NCBI RefSeq assembly: GCF_028707975.1
Contig: NZ_JAQVZX010000001.1
Location: 73 to 64,072, forward strand
Direction of reading: 5' to 3'
From: Syntrophomonas sp.
Lineage (GTDB): Bacteria; Bacillota; Syntrophomonadia; Syntrophomonadales; Syntrophomonadaceae
Length of the DNA: 64,000 nucleotides
Shown: positions 1 through 9,221 of the stretch, piece after piece
Layout of the letters: the number at the start of each line of letters is the position of its first letter
How positions within the stretch are numbered: position 1 is the stretch's first letter
The notes under the pieces: model-generated
What the model saw: the letters and a program-made list of their open reading frames with translations, nothing else
Database searches by the model: none
What the model was told of the DNA's origin: nothing
Made by a program: the position numbers and the translations under genes

Positions 1-376
1 CCCTATCGACTTGATCAAATTCCCCCTCACCGTACTTATGTTTGATACTCAATTGATATCCATATGCCTTTCCTATTGACCCATCCTTATTAGCCCAACT
101 ATCCCAAATACTACTATTGAGTTCTTTAATATTATTGGATTTCTTTTGCCATATCCATAATAATTCATCGATTGCAGCTTTTAAATTAATTGGCCTTAAT
201 GTTAGAATTGGAAATTCTTCCGAAAGATCGTATCTATTAATAACACCAAACTTTTTAATAGTATGTGCTGGTATACCATCCGACCATTTTGCTCTTACAA
301 TCTCACCTTTAGAAGAAATCCCATTGTCAAGGATATCTTTACACATTGCAATAAAAACATTATCGGCTTTACTCAC
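1..376 (-). CDS. thyA: thymidylate synthase ThyA, 5' part (runs off window start)
   Basis: Not in the ORF track. Hand translation from GTG at 376 (RBS GAGG upstream) gives MSKADNVFIAMCKDILDNG...RYDLSEEFPILTLRPINLKAAIDELLWIWQKKSNNIKELNSSIWDSWANKDGSIGKAYGYQL, with ThyA motifs ELLW, IWD-W and G-AYGYQ. Confidence 0.9.
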   Translation of the reverse strand, partial: MSKADNVFIAMCKDILDNGISSKGEIVRAKWSDGIPAHTIKKFGVINRYDLSEEFPILTLRPINLKAAIDELLWIWQKKSNNIKELNSSIWDSWANKDGSIGKAYGYQLSIKHKYGEGEFDQVDR

Positions 377-428
377 AAGACATAACCTCACTAATCCATA
401 ATATTACTTGATTAGTATCCATATGGTA

Positions 429-563
429 TTAAGTATCGGAAGAAACTGCGGAGCAGTTTCGACACACCGCTGCAACGAGGCAGGGGATTAGAACCCGCCG
501 CCTGTTTTGTTAATAGGAACCCGGAAACTTACAGAAGCGGGGACATATTTCACCTCGCTATAA
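429..563 (-). repeat. repeat family A, copy 1 (about 135 bp structured element)
   Basis: Aligns by eye with 3472-3609, 3923-4100 and 59025-59163; hairpins gaaactgc-gga-gcagtttc and cgagg...cctcg. Confidence 0.85.
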
Positions 564-584
564 AATTAATTATGTTTAAGTATC

Positions 585-757
585 GGGCACTCGCCCCCTT
601 TCACCTGCTCGCCTTCGCCGGTGCAACCTTAATAGTGACATCCGAAGTATGGAACATCAGGAGTACCCGCAGGGTGCTGCACCCATGCTTCGCCAACGCT
701 CGCTTTGTATATTTATGCAACCCTTCTGCACCAAAAGGGGGTTTTTGCAGTAGAGTT
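585..757 (-). mobile_element. MITE-like family B, partial copy (reverse orientation)
   Basis: Ends in tttttgcagtagagt (family TIR); shares tatatttatgcaaccct and accttaatagtgac modules with other copies. Confidence 0.8.
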
Positions 758-813
758 ATCGTTTTATTCCGTGCTCCCCATTCCTTAATTTGATTAAGGT
801 CGACCTCAGAGAC

Positions 814-1209
814 TTACATATCCCCCAGAGCCAGTTGCAGAAGTTCCTGCAACCTTGCTTCATCACCCTTTAAATAAGTATAGCCCAGCAGAGCTTCAAA
901 GCCCGTACTCATGCGGTAGTCGTACACACCGGCATGGCGGGGGGGCGTTGACCTGCTGTTACGGCCTCGCCGAACAATATCCCGCTCCTCCTCGCTCAAC
1001 TCTTCCAGTATCTGCCTGAGCACCTGGGCCTGGCTTTCGGCCCGGACCGTAGCCACCGCATCCAGATGCAGATCCTTGATCCGGCGTTTCCCCTGTGTCG
1101 CCAGGCGGGTCCTTACCGCCAGTTCGAAAACAGCATCACCTACATAAGCCAGTAGCACCGGCGAGTATTCGCGCAGTGCCTTCTCTTCTATTTCCTCATG
1201 CATCAACAA
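814..1209 (-). CDS. mrnC: Mini-ribonuclease III
   Basis: LAYVGDAVFEL, RRGRN and YRMSTGFEALLGY motifs; directly downstream of cysS. Confidence 0.93.
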   Translation of the reverse strand: MLMHEEIEEKALREYSPVLLAYVGDAVFELAVRTRLATQGKRRIKDLHLDAVATVRAESQAQVLRQILEELSEEERDIVRRGRNSRSTPPRHAGVYDYRMSTGFEALLGYTYLKGDEARLQELLQLALGDM

Positions 1210-2794
1210 TTCTCCAGCGGACTCCTTCCCGGGTATCCTCTACTGCTATACCTGCTTCCTGCAGCTCGTCCCTTACTTTATCAGCTCTATCAAACTGCCG
1301 GGCCTTTTTGAACTCTGTCCTGAATTCCAGCAGCTTGTTTACTAGATTTTCCGCAGCCGGCAGCTGTTCCCAAAGAAAACGTGAACCCTGTGCCGTATCC
1401 TCCACTCTTATTCCATTATCACTCATAAAGTCTCGTATTTGATCTGCCAGGGCAAAATCTTTTTCCTGGCGAGCCAGCTGCCGCAAGTCTCCCATTATTT
1501 CCAGAAGCTTTTCCACCATCTGGTTCTGATCCTGCTCTTTATCCATAAAAATACCCAATACATCAGCCAGTTCCCGGAATACCGTCAGGGCCTGTTGCAC
1601 CGCGGAGCGGCTCATAGTATCATTAGCAGCTGCTGCCAGGTAGCTGTTTATTTGGTGGGAAATTTCAAATAAATGCCCCAGGGCTCGAGCAGTATTAAAG
1701 TCATCGTCCATGGCCTCTATATAACGCTTCTGCAGTTCCTCCACCGACTGTACGAAACTCAAGGCTGAACCCTCCAAGGTCTGCTCTCCCCCAAGCTCGC
1801 CATTTCCTATAAACTCCCGGGCCAGGTTTTCCGTAGTTTTTAACCGGCCCAGGGCACGGCGCGCCTCTTCCAGCTTGCCGTCATCGAAATCCAGCGGGCT
1901 GCGATAATGGGTGGATAGCAGATAAAAGCGCACAACATCAGCCGGATAGTTTTTTAAAATATCACGAAGTATAAAAAAATTGCCCAAAGACTTGGACATT
2001 TTCTCATGGTTTACCGTAATAAAACCGTTATGAACCCAGTATCGGCTAAAAGGTTTTCCGGTCAAGGCTTCAGCTTGAGCTATTTCGTTCTCATGGTGGG
2101 GAAATATCAAATCATTTCCCCCTCCATGAATATCCAGGGTCTCGCCCAGGTATTTCATGGACATTACCGAACACTCAATATGCCAACCGGGCCGGCCCGG
2201 TCCCCAGGGGCTGTCCCAATACGGTTCTCCAGGTTTGGATGCCTTCCACAGGGCAAAATCCATGGGCTCTTCTTTACGTTCATTAACTTCCACCCGGGCT
2301 CCGGCTAGCATCTCTTCCAGGGAACGACCCGAAAGCTTGCCGTAATCCTTAAAAGCCCGTATCCTATAGAAAACATCTCCATCAACCTCATAAGCATAGC
2401 CCTTATCTATTAAGCCAGCAATAGCCGCAATTATATCCGTCATATGCTGGCTGACCCGGGGGTGAATATCGGCGCGCTTGATGCCCAGGGCATCCGCATC
2501 CTTAAAATACTCTTCAATATAGTGCTCCGCCAACTGCAGGGCATCCCGTCCTTCCTCCTGGGCTCGTTTTATTATCTTGTCATCAACATCGGTAAAGTTC
2601 TGCACATATTTAACTTCTAATCCCCGGTAGAACATATAACGGCGTATGGTGTCAAAAACTACCAGGGGACGGGCATTACCCAGGTGAATATAGTTATAGG
2701 TGGTAGGACCACATACATATATTTTTATCTCAGGCGGAGCCAATGGCAATATTTCTTCTTTTCTTTTGTTTAGGGTATTGTACACCCGCATCAT
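1196..2794 (-). CDS. cysS: cysteine--tRNA ligase (duplicated C-terminal domain)
   Basis: CGPT, HLGN (HIGH), [17 protein letters not shown] and KMSKS motifs; start moved to ATG 2794 after RBS AGGGAGG. Confidence 0.97.
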   Translation of the reverse strand: MMRVYNTLNKRKEEILPLAPPEIKIYVCGPTTYNYIHLGNARPLVVFDTIRRYMFYRGLEVKYVQNFTDVDDKIIKRAQEEGRDALQLAEHYIEEYFKDADALGIKRADIHPRVSQHMTDIIAAIAGLIDKGYAYEVDGDVFYRIRAFKDYGKLSGRSLEEMLAGARVEVNERKEEPMDFALWKASKPGEPYWDSPWGPGRPGWHIECSVMSMKYLGETLDIHGGGNDLIFPHHENEIAQAEALTGKPFSRYWVHNGFITVNHEKMSKSLGNFFILRDILKNYPADVVRFYLLSTHYRSPLDFDDGKLEEARRALGRLKTTENLAREFIGNGELGGEQTLEGSALSFVQSVEELQKRYIEAMDDDFNTARALGHLFEISHQINSYLAAAANDTMSRSAVQQALTVFRELADVLGIFMDKEQDQNQMVEKLLEIMGDLRQLARQEKDFALADQIRDFMSDNGIRVEDTAQGSRFLWEQLPAAENLVNKLLEFRTEFKKARQFDRADKVRDELQEAGIAVEDTREGVRWRIVDA

Positions 2795-3452
2795 CCTTTT
2801 CCTCCCTTTCCAACCGGGCCAACTTTTGCTCCAGTTCATCGATTTTGGCCTGCATAGCCGCTAAAGTATCTGCAATGGGGTCAGGCAGAAGATGGTGTTC
2901 CAAATCCACTTCTATTTTACCGTTTTCCACCCGGGCACCGTCACGTACCACTATTCGTCCAGGAACACCAACTACGGTGCAACCGCTGGGAACAGCCTTC
3001 AAGACCACGGAACCGCCACCTATTTTTACATTATCCCCCACGTTTATGGCCCCCAATACCTTGGCACCGGCGCTGATGGTAACATTATTGCCAATAGTGG
3101 GATGTCTCTTACCTTTCTCTTTACCTGTTCCGCCCAGGGTTACCCCCTGGTAGAGGGTAACATTGTCTCCTATTTCAGCTGTCTCTCCAATTACTATACC
3201 ACTGCCGTGGTCAATAAATAAACCTTGGCCTATCCTAGCTCCGGGATGGATTTCAATCCCCGTCAAAAAGCGGTTGATATGAGATACCATACGGGCTAGA
3301 AAATAAAGTTTGCGGCAATAAAGAAAATGGGCTATACGATGATGAATAATAGCATGAAAACCCGGGTAACAGAAAATAACTTCGAGAACACTTCGCGCCG
3401 CCGGGTCTCTCTCAAAAACTACCTGAATCTCTCTTTTTAGGGTTGAAAACAT
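2730..3452 (-). CDS. cysE: serine O-acetyltransferase
   Basis: [18 protein letters not shown] and [14 protein letters not shown] hexapeptide motifs; ATG 3452 after GGAGGGGT. Confidence 0.96.
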   Translation of the reverse strand: MFSTLKREIQVVFERDPAARSVLEVIFCYPGFHAIIHHRIAHFLYCRKLYFLARMVSHINRFLTGIEIHPGARIGQGLFIDHGSGIVIGETAEIGDNVTLYQGVTLGGTGKEKGKRHPTIGNNVTISAGAKVLGAINVGDNVKIGGGSVVLKAVPSGCTVVGVPGRIVVRDGARVENGKIEVDLEHHLLPDPIADTLAAMQAKIDELEQKLARLEREEKDDAGVQYPKQKKRRNIAIGSA

Positions 3453-3471
3453 TTTTACCCCTCCCAAAATA

Positions 3472-3609
3472 TTTTTAAGCATCTGAAGAAACTGTGGAGC
3501 AGTTTCAACACAGCGCTGCAACGAGATGGGAGATTAGAACCCATCGCCTGTTTTGTTAATAGGAACCCAGACACTTACAGAAGCGGGAACATATTTCATC
3601 TCGTTACAA
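3472..3609 (-). repeat. repeat family A, copy 2 (inside the cysE leader)
   Basis: Aligns with 429-563; lies between the T-box terminator and the cysE RBS. Confidence 0.85.
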
Positions 3610-3610
3610 T

Positions 3611-3860
3611 AAAAAAGCCCTTCGTCCCTCCAAAGAGACGAAAGGCATTCTTCCGCGGTTCCACTCTAATTGAGCGCTGTTTTTCTAAAAGCACTCCCCT
3701 TAATCCCATAACGGCTTATAACCGGATAGGCCTACTTAAAGATTCGGCCTACCTGCTCCCGGGTGCAATTCAGCAGAGCTCATACTGTGAAAAGGCTCTC
3801 AGCCGGTGACCTCTTCTCTCTGGCAGCGATACAGTGCTTACTTATCCCGTTCCCCGCAAT
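3611..3860 (-). promoter_or_regulatory. T-box riboswitch (Cys specifier) with intrinsic terminator
   Basis: Minus strand has AGTA, AGAGA and GGCTGAGA stem-I motifs, a TGC (Cys) specifier, T-box AGAGTGGAACCGCGG (3653-3667), then GCCTTTCGTC...GACGAAGGGC-T6 (3611-3646); upstream of cysE-cysS. Confidence 0.92.
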
Positions 3861-3880
3861 TAAGTATTTACTTGTTATAA

Positions 3881-3909
3881 ATTATATGTAGCAGCAACAA
3901 TTATGTCAA
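3881..3909 (-). promoter_or_regulatory. sigma-A promoter for the T-box/cysE-cysS operon
   Basis: Perfect TTGACA-17 nt-TATAAT on the minus strand. Confidence 0.88.
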
Positions 3910-3922
3910 CTCAACGCTCGCG

Positions 3923-4100
3923 TTTTTAAGCATCGGAAGAAACTGCTAAAGCATTTTCAATAAATAATATCAATTTATGGTATGATTGGTTGGGAAAGGG
4001 AGGAGGCGGTGCAGGCAGGGGGATTAGAACCCGCCGCCTGTTTTGTTAAATAGGAACCCGGTTGCTTAAAGAAGCGGGGACATATTTCATCTCGTTATAA
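3923..4100 (-). repeat. repeat family A, copy 3 (internally substituted; overlaps gltX stop)
   Basis: Shares tttttaagcatcggaagaaactgc and gattagaacccgccgcctgttttgtt...catatttcatctcgttataa. Confidence 0.8.
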
Positions 4101-5535
4101 AGTCTATAGCCCGGTCTATCCTTTTGCTGGCTTCGTCTCTACCAATAACTGCGATATAATGAGTCAGATCCGGGCCATGGGCCTGACCGCTTAAAGCACA
4201 GCGCAGGGGCATAAATACGTTCTTGGGCTTGAGTTTGAGTGTTTTAGTAATGCCTTTGATCAGCTGTTTGATCTCATCTACTTCATTTACCTTATGAATT
4301 CCTTCCTTAAAAGCCTGCAGTAGCGGAATGACGCCTTCTCCTGCCAATACTTCCCGGGCTTCACCAGCGTAATCAATATCAGCGAAAAAAACTTCCAGCT
4401 GCTCTTTCACATCGGCCAGGCAAACCAGATAGTCTCTAATAGTACTCACCAAAAGCCCATACCTTTCCTCACCCATTTGCTCTATCTTCTCCAGGTATTT
4501 ACTATCTGCCAGGTAAGGTTTCAGCATTTCCTTCAGTTCTTCATCCCCGATTTTTTTGAGATACTGCTGGTTGATAAAGTTCAGCTTATTTATATCGAAA
4601 ACCGCCGGGCTTTTGGCTACCCGTTCCAGGGAAAAGGCCTTGGCGATTTCTGCTGGGCTCAGGATTTCCTCTTCACCTTCCGGGGACCAACCCATTAAGG
4701 CCAGAAAATTGAACAGGGCTTCTGGTAGATAGCCCATTTCCCGGTATTGCACCAGTGATGTGGCTCCATGGCGCTTGCTCATCTTCTGGCGGTCACTGCC
4801 AAGGATGAGTGATATATGGGCAAATTCAGGCCGCCGAAAGTTCAGGGCGTCATATATCATCAGCTGGCGTGGAGTATTGGACAAATGTTCTTCGGCTCGG
4901 ATTACATGACTTATACCCATAAGTACATCATCTATTACCACCGCAAAGTTATAGGTTGGTATACCATCGGACTTTACTATTATGAAATCCCCTATATCAT
5001 CGCTGTCAAAACTTACCCGTCCTCTGACCAGATCATCAACAATATGAAGCTGGTGTGCTGGTACTTTAAAGCGGATAGCCGGCTTGATTCCCTGTTTTAG
5101 TTTTTCTTCCCTTTCCGCCATACTCAATTGGCGACATCTTCCCGAGTATTTTTGCATCTGCCCGCTATCCAGTAAATCCTGCCTCTCCGCTTCCAGTTCT
5201 TTCTCACTGCAAAAACAATAATATGCCTGCCCCGCTTCCAGGAGCTTCTCGGCATATTCCTGGTATATTGGTAGGCGCTCGGTTTGCCGGTAAGGTTCAT
5301 TGGGTCCCCCGGTGTCAATTCCCTCCGACCAGCCTAATCCCAACCACTTTAAAGAATCGATGATTTCACTCTCATATTCCCGGCGCGAGCGTTCCAAATC
5401 AGTATCCTCAATACGCAAAAGCATTTCCCCATCATAGCGGGAAGCGAAAAGGTAATTGAACAAGGCCGAACGTGCACCGCCGATATGCAAGGGCCCCGTA
5501 GGACTGGGGGCGAACCTGACTTTTATTTTATTCAC
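4087..5535 (-). CDS. gltX: glutamate--tRNA ligase
   Basis: [12 protein letters not shown] and KMSKR motifs; GTG 5535 after AAAGGAGG. Confidence 0.97.
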   Translation of the reverse strand: MNKIKVRFAPSPTGPLHIGGARSALFNYLFASRYDGEMLLRIEDTDLERSRREYESEIIDSLKWLGLGWSEGIDTGGPNEPYRQTERLPIYQEYAEKLLEAGQAYYCFCSEKELEAERQDLLDSGQMQKYSGRCRQLSMAEREEKLKQGIKPAIRFKVPAHQLHIVDDLVRGRVSFDSDDIGDFIIVKSDGIPTYNFAVVIDDVLMGISHVIRAEEHLSNTPRQLMIYDALNFRRPEFAHISLILGSDRQKMSKRHGATSLVQYREMGYLPEALFNFLALMGWSPEGEEEILSPAEIAKAFSLERVAKSPAVFDINKLNFINQQYLKKIGDEELKEMLKPYLADSKYLEKIEQMGEERYGLLVSTIRDYLVCLADVKEQLEVFFADIDYAGEAREVLAGEGVIPLLQAFKEGIHKVNEVDEIKQLIKGITKTLKLKPKNVFMPLRCALSGQAHGPDLTHYIAVIGRDEASKRIDRAIDFITR

Positions 5536-5602
5536 TTTATTGCCTCCTTTGCACACCGGTAATTATAGCACCTTCAGGCGAAATCAACCAGCATAGGGCT
5601 TG

Positions 5603-6514
5603 TTACACCAGAGCATTTTTTAAGCTACTAATCAAATCTCGCAAAACATTCAGTAGCTGGTTTAATAGTCCATTGCTCTCACGGCTATTGCTTTTAACTT
5701 CATTCCAACTTCTCTCCAGGCCACTCAACTGCTCATTCAATCTGCTTATATTCATGTTAAGTGAGTTCAATCTTTGCATTAGTCCTACCATACGATCGAT
5801 ATCAGCGGCAGATAGATTTATATTAAGATCAGCGCTTACTTCCAGGATTATTTTCTTTATTTCCTCCGGGTCGGAAATTTTTCTTTCCACGACCTGTCTT
5901 TTAACCTCGTAGATTATCTTTTCGGCTTTGTTGCTGCCTATCTTTCTGGCTAATTTGGTAGTTTCGGCTATCTCCTCATGAGCGGTCTCCTTGGCCTCTT
6001 CATCCAGCTTTTCTCCTTGGGCTGTTTCAAAGGCCTTTATTATTCCAGTCAGAGCTGCTGTTCCCGAAACCGCAAAAGGAGCCGATACAATTACCCGGGC
6101 ATTTTCTATTCCGGCCGTTGACAGGGCATTAGCATACATGAAAGGAGTAATAGCGGTAATGTTGCGGGTTTCCACCTCTATTCCTCTACTTCTGTCCAGG
6201 GTCTCGCAGTATACCGAAGAAATAGCCCGGCTGCCGATAAGTTCTTCGTCTATCAAGCCTTGCAAGTAGTCTCTTTCTTCCTTATTGCTGACAGTTATAT
6301 ATTGAGTATCCCTGTCTCTACCCTTTTGCCAGCTATAGAAATAATCCATAAGCTCGCGTTTTTGCTGGTCAGTCAAGTCCTCACCAAAGCTTATCACTAT
6401 TTTGGCTCTTTCCGCTCTCAGTACCGTACTACTGCTATCATGGCGGAGCAAAAAAACCCCACTAGTAACGACCAGAGCAAAAAACACCAGCATAATAATC
6501 CCTTTGCTACGCAT
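5603..6514 (-). CDS. DUF1002/YpuA-like exported protein
   Basis: N-terminal TM segment; VSNKEE, AISSVY, ITPFMYANAL and APFAVSGTAALTGI motifs. Confidence 0.8.
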   Translation of the reverse strand: MRSKGIIMLVFFALVVTSGVFLLRHDSSSTVLRAERAKIVISFGEDLTDQQKRELMDYFYSWQKGRDRDTQYITVSNKEERDYLQGLIDEELIGSRAISSVYCETLDRSRGIEVETRNITAITPFMYANALSTAGIENARVIVSAPFAVSGTAALTGIIKAFETAQGEKLDEEAKETAHEEIAETTKLARKIGSNKAEKIIYEVKRQVVERKISDPEEIKKIILEVSADLNINLSAADIDRMVGLMQRLNSLNMNISRLNEQLSGLERSWNEVKSNSRESNGLLNQLLNVLRDLISSLKNALV

Positions 6515-6609
6515 ATCATTACCTCCTGCTATTTTTTACTATTCTTGCTCCTTCAGGAGGTAAATATTCGCTGTAAATTGTTCGGAAAAAAGTATACTCT
6601 GGGATCATA

Positions 6610-6776
6610 GCCTGATTCGGAAGGACACGGGGGTCGTTCCCTACACAACACCCTGGGGTCGCTAATGAGGTAGCACCCTGCGGGTACCACTGATGCTCCC
6701 TTCGGTCGCTTTTAAGGTTGCTGAGCGGTATATTTATGCACGCTAATGCATATTTACAACTTTTTGCAGTGACATC
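6610..6776 (+). mobile_element. MITE-like family B, right-half copy
   Basis: REP-like hairpin module plus the right end tttttgcagtgacatc. Confidence 0.8.
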
Positions 6777-6793
6777 ATATTTTAGCATTGGAA

Positions 6794-7267
6794 TCAGGCT
6801 TGCTCTATTAAAACTACGGCATGGGCAGATATTCCTTCCTGGCGACCCTCAAAACCCAGTCCTTCCGAAGTGGTAGCCTTAACACTCACCTGCTCCGGCT
6901 CTAAGCCCAGGAAGCGGGCAATATTTTGCCGCATCTGAAAAATGTGCGGTGCCAGACGAGGCTCCTGGGCCACTACCGTACTATCAACATTTATCACTCT
7001 CCAACCAGCACGGTTTAAAATCCCCGCCACCTCTTTCAGCAGCAACAGGCTGTTTATGTCTTGGTATTGACTATCGCTATCGGGAAAATGTCGACCTATA
7101 TCCCCCAGAGCAGCCGCCCCCAGAAGGGCGTCACAAATGGCATGAAGGAGAACATCGGCATCCGAATGCCCCAGCAACCCCTGGGTATGTGGTATTTCTA
7201 CCCCCCCCAGAACCAGCCTCCTGCCTTCTTGCAGGCGGTGCACATCATAACCATATCCTACCCTCAA
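6794..7267 (-). CDS. ispF: 2-C-methyl-D-erythritol 2,4-cyclodiphosphate synthase
   Basis: GYDVH, GHSDADV and DIGRHFP motifs. Confidence 0.97.
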   Translation of the reverse strand: MRVGYGYDVHRLQEGRRLVLGGVEIPHTQGLLGHSDADVLLHAICDALLGAAALGDIGRHFPDSDSQYQDINSLLLLKEVAGILNRAGWRVINVDSTVVAQEPRLAPHIFQMRQNIARFLGLEPEQVSVKATTSEGLGFEGRQEGISAHAVVLIEQA

Positions 7268-7283
7268 AATCTTACTCCTTCCC

Positions 7284-7973
7284 TTAGGCTTCCAAAATAG
7301 TCCGGGCTATGGCCAAATCCTCGGGTGTAGTTATCTTCAGGTTACGATAGTCTCCAGACACCACTTTAACCCGGCCGATATATTTTTCAAAAAGAGAGGC
7401 ATCATCGGTTGCCCTTACTCCTTGCTCCCGGGCATATTCATAGGCTTTATGCAGTTCACAGTACCTGAAAATTTGCGGGGTCTGTATAGCAAAAACACTG
7501 GATCTATCAAGGGTTTGCCGGACGAAATTGTCCCGATCCACTTGCTTCAAGGTATCCCGGACCGCAACGCCGGGAATGGCGGCTCCCCAGCGTACAGCCT
7601 CTTTCAAGATCTCATCAATCAGCTCGGAAGTGACAAAAGGCCGCGCACCATCGTGAACGGCCACATAATCTGTATTACTATTCAACGCTTCCAGTCCGGC
7701 CCAGATTGAATCCTGTCTTTCCAGACCTCCTGCCACTACCCGGCTAACCTTTTGGTAGCTAAATTCCTTTACTACCTCACGCTCACAATATTCAATCTCG
7801 CGGGCCTGAGCTACAATTATGATTTCATCTACCAGTTCCATCTTTTCAAAAACATCCAATGAGTAAGCCAGCAGGGGGCGAGACTTCAACAGCATATACT
7901 GTTTGTTGATTCTGCCCCCCATTCTACTGCCACTCCCCGCAGCAGCAATAACAACCCGGAGGTTGTTAACCAT
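7284..7973 (-). CDS. ispD: 2-C-methyl-D-erythritol 4-phosphate cytidylyltransferase
   Basis: [19 protein letters not shown] and KITTPEDL motifs. Confidence 0.96.
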   Translation of the reverse strand: MVNNLRVVIAAAGSGSRMGGRINKQYMLLKSRPLLAYSLDVFEKMELVDEIIIVAQAREIEYCEREVVKEFSYQKVSRVVAGGLERQDSIWAGLEALNSNTDYVAVHDGARPFVTSELIDEILKEAVRWGAAIPGVAVRDTLKQVDRDNFVRQTLDRSSVFAIQTPQIFRYCELHKAYEYAREQGVRATDDASLFEKYIGRVKVVSGDYRNLKITTPEDLAIARTILEA

Positions 7974-9057
7974 ACAAATTCACCTCTTGAAAACTATCTA
8001 CGACAAATTCCTTTTCTTCCTTCACTTTACGAGTAAAAATCATTCTACCGGCGGCTGTCTGAAATACGCTAGTTACAACTACCTCTATATCATTGCCTAT
8101 TTCATCATGGGCCTGCTCTACCACTACCATAGTACCATCCTCCAGATAGCCAATTCCCTGTCCCGCTTCTTTTCCTTCCCTGACAATACAGGTATGCATG
8201 GTTTCACCTGGATAGACCATTATCTTTACGGCATTGGTCAATTCATTTATGTTCAATACTTTAATGCCTTGCAATTCAGCGACCTTATTGAGATTATAAT
8301 CATTGGTGATGATACTGGCAGCAAGCTGTTTACACAAGCGCAGCAGTTTGGCATCGACTTCCTTTTCTTCCATTATGTCTTCTTCTATTATATCAATATT
8401 TATACGAGGATGCTTCTGCATTTTTCCTAAGAGTTCCAATCCTCTTCTACCTTTATTGCGTCTTATATTGTCCGAAGAATCAGCAATATGCTGCAGTTCC
8501 TCAATAACAAAATTAGGTACCAGCAAGGAACCATCCAGGAAGTTACTTAGACAGACATCATAAATACGACCGTCTATAATCGCACTGGTATCCAGTACTT
8601 TGTGATTTGAAGCAGCTAAAGATTCCTCTCCTTTTTTACTCGATTGGGGTAGAAAAACCAGCAGCTCTTGGCTCCGGCGAATCCCCATCTTAAGGCCCAA
8701 AAAACTACTCAGAATAAAGACAGCCAGGGATAAAAAATTACCAACTCCACCTATCTTGGAAAGCGGATAACTGCAGAGTACTCCAATTGTTATTCCGAGA
8801 AGCAAGCCCCCGGTTCCTCCCAGGAGGATATCGATTGAAGTTGCGTCCATTAGATCCTCTACTCGGGAATATAGCCTGGAAAAGTAACTTAGCATCTTAC
8901 TGGATAGGAGATAAAACAAGAGAAAAGCCCCTATTCCCAGGCAGATCTGCCAGCTCCTTCCTGGTTGAAAAAACCTCCCGACAAAATTAGCACAGCCAAT
9001 TCCAAAGAGCAGGCCCAGAACTAGCAAGGATTTAGAAATACATAGTTTATTAAGCAC
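7966..9057 (-). CDS. yacL: membrane PIN/TRAM domain protein (YacL-like)
   Basis: LDTSAIIDGRI, TNDYNLNKVA and GYLEDGTMVVVE motifs; synteny with disA and ispD. Confidence 0.88.
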   Translation of the reverse strand: MLNKLCISKSLLVLGLLFGIGCANFVGRFFQPGRSWQICLGIGAFLLFYLLSSKMLSYFSRLYSRVEDLMDATSIDILLGGTGGLLLGITIGVLCSYPLSKIGGVGNFLSLAVFILSSFLGLKMGIRRSQELLVFLPQSSKKGEESLAASNHKVLDTSAIIDGRIYDVCLSNFLDGSLLVPNFVIEELQHIADSSDNIRRNKGRRGLELLGKMQKHPRINIDIIEEDIMEEKEVDAKLLRLCKQLAASIITNDYNLNKVAELQGIKVLNINELTNAVKIMVYPGETMHTCIVREGKEAGQGIGYLEDGTMVVVEQAHDEIGNDIEVVVTSVFQTAAGRMIFTRKVKEEKEFVVDSFQEVNLYG

Positions 9058-9221
9058 AATAATTCACCTCCGATATAATTATTCTTCTATCGGAGATGCC
9101 TAATTATACCATAATTGTGAGATTTATTTATGCCCTTTCCGCCAAGCACCCAATACCTGGTAAATAATCATTCCGCAGCAGCAGGCCAATCAGCCATAAA
9201 TTATCCCGCTGGGAGATTTGT

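Noticed and set aside
117-401. 94 aa plus-strand ORF
   Set aside because: Antisense shadow of thyA, which is clearly encoded on the minus strand.
572-793. Short ORFs within family B copies (also 6519-6788, 14358-14748, 27201-27449, 47503-47694, 59837-60116)
   Set aside because: They lie in the non-coding repeat, frames are not conserved between copies, and there are no transposase motifs.
2730-2794. 65 bp cysE/cysS overlap
   Set aside because: cysE-cysS overlaps are common in Firmicutes and the tail is low-information.
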